In this document: one piece after another, positions 48,423 to 56,322 of the stretch
Numbering within the stretch: the stretch's first letter is position 1
Layout of the letters: the number at the start of each line of letters is the position of its first letter
Source of the DNA: Hydrolagus affinis
Lineage: Eukaryota
Assembly: GCA_012026655.1 (NCBI GenBank)
Contig: JAAILG010000258.1
Span: 62,001 to 118,322, forward strand
Length of the DNA stretch: 56,322 bases
Direction of reading: 5' to 3'
The notes under the pieces: generated by a model
Database searches by the model: none
What the model was told of the DNA's origin: nothing
The model's input: the letters and a program-made list of their open reading frames with translations, nothing else
Program-made: the position numbers and the translations under genes

Positions 48423-49054
48423 GGTGATGTTGCCCATTGGTATTCAGTGAGGTGCAAGTTTATTGTTTCTTTCAATAAGAAGTGACTCGGTTACCAAAGC
48501 TGTTTCAGTACCTGTTTTGATCATGTCTGTAGCAGAGCAAGTTATTGTGTGCTTCCTGATAAAAAAAGCTAAGGTCAATAAATAATCTTTTCTTTGTTGT
48601 ATTCCCCAGTTATATCAGGGATTATCTTTCTGATCCCAGATGAGTCACTTTGTCAGATTCTTCTTTGCGATGAGAAAGAAAATCATTTGAAAGTTCTGGT
48701 TCTGTCCCTTTCAGATCATTGGATTCATTTCTGATATTCGAGGATATGTTTAATTATTCAAGTTGAGGGGTGATTGATCCAGAGATAGAAGTAGTGCTCT
48801 GAGACGCAGTAGCAGATGCTGAATTTAAGATGTTTCTATTTTATACTCAAAACTCCTGTGTTTACTTTGCAGTGACTGAATTTTTTATCCATAACTTGGG
48901 ATGGTTGTGATAGACCAAAGATTTATAAAGCACTTTCTTTTTTTACAAGTGTCGAACATTTGATGGTCTGCCACGAAGATTTGGAAAGGAACATATTCTG
49001 TCAAAGAAGATTGGTACCTTAATTGTCCTAACTAAGGCCTCTTTGCGAGATCAT

Positions 49055-49338
49055 GAAGCATATTGGTTAGAGTACTGGGTTGGATTCCCGGGCAGGGAGA
49101 AACCTTAAGTAAGTTTCCTTACTCCACCTGCCTCTGTTTGCCTAGCATTAAGTACAAACCCGGCTGTTAGTCAATTGGCAGATAGCTTTTCCTTGGGATA
49201 CTGACTACTCCACAATTGACTACCTTGTTTCACCCACAAAGTATGTATTCAATTTATATTTACGATATATTCTGTGAAGCACCTTAAAATGTCACAAAGA
49301 CATGATAAATCCCTATATCAAATGCTAGGATTATTATT
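49055..49338 (+). mobile_element. tRNA-SINE, long variant
   Basis: ctgggttggattcccgggcagg...cctatatcaaatgctaggattatt. Confidence 0.88.
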
Positions 49339-49825
49339 TTTAACTGAATAAATGAGAGCAGCCGATATTTCCCCCCATTGGGATCTGATTGTTCAGAATC
49401 TGCATGAAACATGATGTTTTTTTTTTAAAAAAAGCTTCTACTGTGTTATTCCAAATCAGGTTCAATATTTCAGAGTTTTGAAAGCAGTAGTGATCCTTGT
49501 AAATGTTAGAGATCAGTTCAATAAAATCGACTTTTCAAATAATTGTACTTTACAGAATTGCTTTGCATTTAAAAATGAGATAGTTCAGGCAGAGTTTGGA
49601 CTTCAAATCAATTGAGTTTTAGTCATTTTAATTATGACTTATATATCCCATTGAAAACGCATGAGCTAATAGGGGTATGGAAAATGTATTGCGCCTAGCA
49701 CTGCTCCTTCATTCACCCAGAGCCTGCGGAATAACAGGAGCTGACAGCACAAGACGTCCTATGATTATGACTAACATGTTAAGCGTTAACCATTATTATA
49801 AGAGAATCAAAAATATCAGACTTTT

Positions 49826-49870
49826 TAATAATAATAATCCTTGCATTTGATATAGCGCTTTACACGTCTT
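49826..49870 (-). mobile_element. SINE tail
   Basis: aataataatccttgcatttgatatagcgc. Confidence 0.8.
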
Positions 49871-50472
49871 TAAATCAATTACCTTATTAAAGTCAGATTA
49901 TGGAACTTCTTTAACTTTCGCATGCTATTTTTCGTCTTTGTGGGTCCTCAGAAAGGCTTCTGCGGAAACTGGTCACATAACTTGAGGGTCACACTGTCAG
50001 GATGCATGGTTATACCCCCAACCACCCAGCCTGATTGAGACTGTCCCCAAGGAAAAGCCTGAATGGAACTGTCAGTCAAGACTGAGCTGCAACACTTCAA
50101 ATCTCACAACTTGGATTGTCCTGGCCTGGAGAATTGTAGCTTCAGGGCCACCCTTGTTTTGTTTTCAACCCCAAAATGTACTTAAACAGCATTTATTTCT
50201 CAGGCGCCTGTTAAACAAATGCCAAACCGTGTTTCTGTGACAAAATGCTGTGTAGAAAATGTTGATGCTGTCTCAGAGGCACGTTGGAAGTGTCAAATAG
50301 AAACATTGATGTATCGTGTAGTGATCTTTAGGAGGTTGAGCAGCTTGTTCTCTCCCACCCTCCTCCTTGTCGTCTTGGATGACTTGAAGGATTTGAGCTC
50401 ATGATCTAGCCTGACACTCTAAGCTCAGTCCTGGGACTGTTCAATTGATGGGGTTTCTCAAATGAGACATTC

Positions 50473-50790
50473 ATAATAATAATCATCCTTCCATTTGATA
50501 TAGCGCTTTATCACGTTGTTGAGACACCTCAAAGCACTGTACAGAATATTACGGCGAAGTGGATTGACTAATTTGTGGGCGAAATGCGGCAACGAATTGC
50601 ACGCACCAGTGTCCCACAAACAGGAGTGAGTGACCAATTTTTTCTGAGGGATTTTTACACCCAGAAAGTGATTCGCCAATCGTCTAACAATCGGGTTCGT
50701 ACTCACTGTTAGGTGAACAGAGGCTTGTGCTGTAAGAAAACTTCACCCCGTACGGAGATTGTACCCAGGTCCTCTTGTTTGTGAGGGGAG
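50473..50790 (-). mobile_element. tRNA-SINE, long variant
   Basis: Tail, body, cgccaatcgtctaacaatcgggttc block and a degenerate head. Confidence 0.88.
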
Positions 50791-52974
50791 TATAACATCA
50801 TCTACTCTATGGGAACAGCAGAGGTCTGATATAATCTGAGTCACTTAGTTTTGTTGCCTCAATTTTGGCAGGTTGGTGTTCAGAACGGGTGTCTTTGACA
50901 AAGATATAGTGCTTCACTTGGAACTGTTCAGTGGCTTCACTACTTTGTATTCATATATGTTGTTAAAATCATTCATTCACTACAGCTGTATATATAGGAT
51001 CTGTTACCTTTCAATAGTCAAGGCAAGGGGTCAGTATTTTACCCCCGTTTTGATTGGCAGCTTGGCTCTTTCTCAGTTTCTACTTAAGATCCCGCTCACT
51101 CTGCTGTTACTGTTGCTTTGTACTACCAGTAGCTCGATGACACACTACAATATCAGGTAGCGGCAGATTACTTCCACCTTGTCGTATAAAATGTTGTTTT
51201 CCAAGGTCAAATGCTCCCAGGCAATCCTATTAACTTTCTGGGCCATGAGATGGGATGCTTTATCTAAGAGTTCGGTTGATATGTATGTGTCACCCACCAA
51301 ACGAGAATGCGGGAAGAGTTGTTGAGGGGATGGTAAATGATGCAGAGCCGCACACTTTTATCAAGACTCGAGTTGAATTTTACTTTAGCCTCTGGTGTTG
51401 TGAGCTGACCAACGGTCAACAAGTCAAATTATAAATAAGGCAGACAATGATCAGGGTTCAACTGACCAATTGAGGAACTGCTTTTAATGCGCCCGCCAAA
51501 CTATTTACAAGCCCATTTAAAAGAAAACTCAGAGACAATCTGTGAAAGAAATGTAGAGACGCCAGCTCGTCAAAATTTTAATTTCATTCCCCATGGATTA
51601 ATCGCAGAATTTTCCATTAGCCATGACAATGCTGGATGATTGCTGTCCTTCAGGGATGAGTATTACTGGGAAATGAACTATATTATGTTGTGTTATTGCA
51701 GTTGTGCTTCTTTCGTTTTATTCCTCTCAGAATGTAAACTCGCAGACGGCAGAAAGAATTGTCAATATGTCGCGTGTTAAAGATGGCAAATTGTAATTAC
51801 TTCCACGAGTTGCACTGTGGGGGCTACCATTGTACGAATGCAGACAGGGAACAAACACAATGTAGCTGGTGCTTGCACAAAGATCAAGTGACTCAGAAAT
51901 TAGTTTTGGGGATTGAAAAGTTCTACCTGGAGTTGACGTTCCTCAGTACGTTAAATATTACAGAGAAATTGAACATTGATTTTGCTTTTCTTTTCTGGGC
52001 TATTTTTCCATTCCTCACCTACTCACTTCTCACCCAGCCCATAATAGATGGATTTATCTGGTAATCAACTGCAATATTTTTCCCCTCGATAAATCTGCAG
52101 TGATGATAAACCTTTCTCCTGTTTACGTGGTCATGCCTGAAGAACATGGAGCACCCTCACCAGCCACTGCCATTACAAGAACGAGCAAAAAACTGATTAA
52201 AGGCCCACTCTTCACTATCTGCTGTGAGTAATAACCAATAGCAGGAGATGTTTCAAGCTATGAGCTAATTTTTGGATATAGATGCTGCTTGGAAACTTCT
52301 TGAGATTCAACTCACAATTTGCAATGCCATCTGTGAGCCCTTTGAGTAAATGACAACTTTGTAATCATTCCCAAGCTCGTACTTCTCTTCTCAAATCCTT
52401 AATGTCTGATCTGAGCTGATTTCCTTTCCTGAGTGACTCATGCTTTTTACTCCGAACCAAGTATTCATTCTTTTGTAACAAAAAAAACAGCCTTCTTAAC
52501 AATTTATGTGTTCAGTTGATATACACGTTGTCTCTCCTGTTTCTAAATGCAGAATGACAGACTGCAAAATCTCAGGTTGCTTCTGGAAAATTGTACCCAG
52601 AACGATTAACTTGATTTATCTACTTTAGTGAAGTGAAAAGCATCAGCACTTGCCCATGACCGAAGTGCATTGCTGTTTCTTATGGTGAGATTGGATTTGG
52701 TCATTCATCTCGTTGCTGTTTTGTGGGATTTTGCTGTAGATTAACCGGAGTGTTGTCAGTACACTCAGCAACTCATTGCACTTTCAGACATTATGGCGTG
52801 TTGAGGCGCTGCATTTTTATTACATGTCTGTGTTCTCTCATTCGTAAATCCTTTGTAATCTGAAAAATGTGAGATTCACTTCCTCTTAAAAGCCACCCCT
52901 CACCACCTCATATTGCTGCCTATCTCTGGGATGTAGATGTCCTTTCCACAGGTATCAGCTTCTCTCAGATTCTC

Positions 52975-53225
52975 TCAAATTCCCTCCGTGTCAGTAGATT
53001 GTGGGTTCAAGCCCCACCTCAGGACTCTGAACTTGCATAGTCTGGTCTACACACTCCATTTGCAGTACTGGAATGCACTGCGATGTGGTGGTGCCTTCCT
53101 TCAGATGGGGACTCAATTATTTAACCAGTTGGACATGAAAGATCCCACGGCACTGTTTGAAAGAGAAGCAAGTTTCTCCTGAAATCCTGGCTAATGATTC
53201 CCCAAATTCAATCAGTCATTTATTT
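52975..53225 (+). mobile_element. Deu-domain SINE
   Basis: gtcagtagattgtgggttcaagccccac...aaagatcccacggcactgtttgaa. Confidence 0.78.
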
Positions 53226-53289
53226 CATGTGCTTTGACACATCCTGACATGAAGGCTGCAATACCAAATGCAACTAGTGTTATATTTTA

Positions 53290-53470
53290 AAAATGCAAAA
53301 TACTGCAGATGCTGGAAGTCTGAAACAAAAACAGAAGTCGCTGGGAACACTCAGCAGGGCAGGCAGCATCTATGGAGAAAGGAAAGTGAGTCAACGTTTC
53401 GGGTCCACGACCGTTCAGACCCCACAAACTAGTTCTGACGAAGGGTCGTGGACCTGAAACTTTCAACTAT
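53290..53470. mobile_element. Penelope-like terminal-repeat remnant with an internal inverted repeat and hammerhead-type cores
   Basis: 53390-53418 is inverted relative to 53435-53468. The + strand reads CTGACGA-AGGGTC-GTG-GACCT-GAAAC. Paralogous to 259-360. Confidence 0.65.
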
Positions 53471-53548
53471 TATTATTATTGTTATTATTTCTCATTTCTG
53501 GTTATGTCAGAGTGGCCAGCAGTAAATTTCAGCAGAATATTTGAGTAT

Positions 53549-53615
53549 AACAACAACAACAGTAAGCATTTATATATCCCCCTTCACACCGGGGAGATTC
53601 TCAGAGCACTTGATG
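53549..53615 (-). mobile_element. L2 tail
   Basis: (CAA)n followed by gcatttatatatcccccttcacacc. Confidence 0.6.
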
Positions 53616-53642
53616 GTAGCGGAGTCTGACTGAGGGTGGGGA

Positions 53643-53840
53643 GGATCACAGCGGAGCCCAATTCCATCCTTGTCTGTCATTGACTTATGCACTTTCAGCA
53701 GGAGGCATCTGAGAACACGCAGGTTTGGGAGGCTGGCTGGTTTATTCCACTCCCTTGCCCAAGGGCACTCAGGCTAATTATAGCCACTAACACTGGCCAA
53801 GCAGAAATCTGGTAACAGCACCAGGGATCAAAGCTGGCAA
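53643..53840 (-). mobile_element. Old SINE (AmnSINE2-like, tentative)
   Basis: gatcacagcggagcccaattccatcct...aagggcactcaggctaattatagcc...ccagggatcaaa. Confidence 0.5.
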
Positions 53841-54504
53841 CAGTATTCTTAGAGGCCATATCATCATTGTGTCGTTTATACAATATCGAGGCAGCTTTAA
53901 CCAGAAAGCAATGTGAAGAAAAATGCAATTTCACCTTTGAGCCAGAATGTTACAGGTTAAAGTCGATGCAAGAAAAGGATATGATTTGGGGGTATATCTG
54001 AGAGCGATTGTATTGTTATTTGGACAGGATGTAAACAGAATTATATTTGAACTATATTCCCCTGAACCATCCCAATACTCCCAGTTTTCATTCAAAGTGT
54101 GGACATAGCATTTATTCAAATCCGTTCTCTCTTTCCACAGAAAAAATCTTGTTCACTTTGCATTTCTAAGTAAACACAATTTGTGGGGAAACCTTTTTTT
54201 CTTGTCCTCTTATAGCTTTTTAATGGACTAATTATTCATTTTGGTATGGAAACCGAAAAAGATTTTTTTTAAATGTCACCGGTTATGAATCACCCCTCGA
54301 AACCTGCTAAAAGCAACTAAAATTGCAAAATCTTTGACTGCTCATCAGTCGTGTATAGGCTGAGCAGTTGTGGCTGCAGTGTGTGGGTTATCTTTGCATT
54401 CAGTAGTTTATAAGTGAATTGTAACGTAAATCAAGCAGTTAGGTTGTAAATGTATAGGTGCACAGCCCATGGGTAATATTTAGAGCTGAACAAAGAAGGG
54501 GTAG

Positions 54505-54760
54505 TAACAATTTACATTTATATTATACCACATCTTTCATGTCAAGAGAACGTCTTATAGCGCTTTACGCAGCTGGTTGGGCAACTGGGGACAGAGAGAA
54601 AGCAAAAAAGATGCAGCCAAACATCTAGGCAGGCTTCAAAAGCGGTAAGAGAAGGAGTGAGAGGAAGCAAGTTCCAGAGAGAGGGGGCAAAGTGGCTAAC
54701 ATCACGCCCATCGATGGTGAGATGGATCAGGTGTAGGACATCAAGCAGGTCAGTATTAAC
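54505..54760 (-). mobile_element. Degraded L2 3' end
   Basis: acaatttacatttatatt...gcgcttt...gttccagagagagggggcaaagtggcta. Confidence 0.65.
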
Positions 54761-55029
54761 TCAGTGGAGTCAGCGGTCAAGGTAGAAAGCCTCCAGGAGA
54801 ACATAAGAATTTGCAAAGCGAAAGAAGACCAAAGTGCATCCAGTTCGCTTTCCACTATCCTGGCAGTCGTTTGATGTGTTGTGTCCCAAACTATATATTT
54901 TATAGTTTTATTTTTATATATATATATATACAGTATATATATAATATCCAAGATATTATTTATTTTCTAGTAGAAATCGATCTGATTTGTTTTTGAAATA
55001 ACTGGTAGTGTTTCAGCAGATGTGTCTGA

Positions 55030-55260
55030 ATTCACTGGGGGATAAGGAGCCAAATGTGAATGGGAGTAATAGGCTCACAGAGCGTGGTGCTGGAGAAGGC
55101 ATGGGCTACAGCATTTCTGATGGTCTGTTGCTTGTATAGAGAGAAGCTGGATAGTTTGGCGAGGACAGTGTTAGAATTAATGGACATGATGAGGGCCTGG
55201 ATAAGGCAATTGGGTGCCCAAGGAGGATATAGGGAGAGGTGGGCAATGTTGCACAGAGTG
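55030..55260 (-). mobile_element. Degraded L2 ORF2 C-terminal fragment
   Basis: LCNIAHL...LIQALIMS...TIRNAVAH...ITPIHIWL follows the L2 motif series. Confidence 0.75.
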
Positions 55261-55804
55261 AAATTAAGCCACACAAATGAGGAAGGACCCAGGCTTGATT
55301 CCCGAGTTAGTTGATCACAGCTAGCAATAATAGAGGAGTTAAAACTGGAGATCGAGAAGCAAAGCGTACACAAACCAAACTTTCCACAGTACGTGGATGA
55401 CTGCTAGTGCTAACAGAAAGCTACTTCACTACATTTCACTGTTATTTTTAAAATAATTATTTAATCTTGTTCTTAATGCCAGATACCTTTTTTTTTGATT
55501 ATCTGCTTCGAAATGGACCACTAAGCATTTCAATTTGCCCGGTGTAGGTTGAGCGTTAAAACCTGAAGCAAATGTATGAAGAACTGAATTTAGTTTGTCA
55601 CACTAGATCATGACTTGACATATTCACTCAAATGTTAAAAGTTTCTGCTAAATTATTTCAAATAAGAAGTGACAAATGTCCCGTGCTTTCATTGTTGAAG
55701 TCACAACACAGCAAACCATGTCAAGTGCCTTCATTGATATCCTATGGTTCCTGAACTTCTATTATGCCATAGGTGTCATAACCTTTCTGAGCTGGTCACA
55801 TTCT

Positions 55805-56155
55805 CACAACTCTCGCATCCGAGTCAGAAGGTTGTGGGGTCAAGCCACATGTTGTGACTCTAAAATCAGACCCCAATGCAATGCTGAGGGAACCAATGCT
55901 GAGGGAATCAACATTGAACCAAGATACCGTCTGCCTGTTCACAGGCAATTGTTAAATCTTCTACGGCACAAAGAGAGAAGGGAAAGTCTTCCGAAGTTCA
56001 AGGACGCAACACTTCAGGGCAGTTTGTGGGCTCTGTGCAGATTTGCTGCCGTGCTTCAGCTACACAATACACAATTAATCCTGTAAATTGCTTTGAGACA
56101 TCATCCTGACGTGACAGACGCTGTATCAAATTGAAAGATTATTATATTATTAATA
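55805..56155 (+). mobile_element. Degraded full-length Deu-domain SINE
   Basis: gagtcagaaggttgtggggtcaagcc head, ccgtctgcctgttc, tail gctgtatcaaattgaaagattat; internal 15-bp tandem duplication at 55879-55908. Confidence 0.7.
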
Positions 56156-56282
56156 TAAAGAATAGTGCAGATAATATGATGAGTTTGTTCAGCCTCACTT
56201 TCTTAGTTTCTGACACGTTCTAAAGTCTTCGAATGTTTCTGTTTATAAAGTACACCAGACAACTATTATCCTGCATGTAAAG

Positions 56283-56322
56283 CAACAACAACAACAACAA
56301 CAACAAATTACATTTATAGAGC
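56283..56322 (-). mobile_element. L2 (GTT)n tail running off the window edge
   Basis: (CAA)n then attacatttatagagc. Confidence 0.8.

Larger units (their letters stand above)
24844..56322 (+). other. EXOC4: Downstream intron of EXOC4 (partial, at least 31.4 kb)
   Basis: Starts gtatgt. The following exon (recalled FIQEIEHALGLG...) was not seen in the sequence or the ORF track. Confidence 0.75.

Noticed and set aside
384-56086. The many 60-160 aa ORFs in the supplied track
   Set aside because: Apart from the EXOC4 exon and LINE remnants, they are chance ORFs, often crossing SINEs or low-complexity DNA, with no recognisable domains.
1-56322. A novel multi-gene system, operon or CRISPR array
   Set aside because: The window is vertebrate intron sequence. 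Recurrent sequences are dispersed SINE/LINE copies in both orientations, not regularly spaced repeat-spacer units.

Overview
Eukaryotic, AT-rich vertebrate genomic DNA. The repeat content (a dominant tRNA-SINE with (ATT)n tails, L2 fragments with (GTT)n tails, CR1, Deu-domain SINEs) points to a cartilaginous fish, probably a holocephalan such as Callorhinchus; the species is inference. The only coding sequence I can support is one 97-nt internal exon on + (24747-24843, [33 protein letters not shown]), which I recognise as EXOC4/Sec8 (human exon 10 equivalent). Everything else appears to be the two large flanking introns: about 25 SINE copies or fragments, L2 and CR1 remnants, two TA-flanked Tc1/mariner-pogo-type non-autonomous DNA transposons, microsatellites, a 100-N gap and repeat-free blocks that may hold conserved non-coding elements. 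I found no new multi-gene system. The best leads are RNA-structure and regulatory signals: hammerhead-ribozyme-like cores in a Penelope-type inverted repeat (53290-53470, second copy 259-360), two interlocking hairpins in unique sequence (40396-40458), a tail-to-tail L2 hairpin (35109-35185), inverted repeats bracketing the exon, candidate poison exons and a PBX-HOX/MEIS motif cluster. Repeat boundaries are approximate and family names are from recall, not from a database search.
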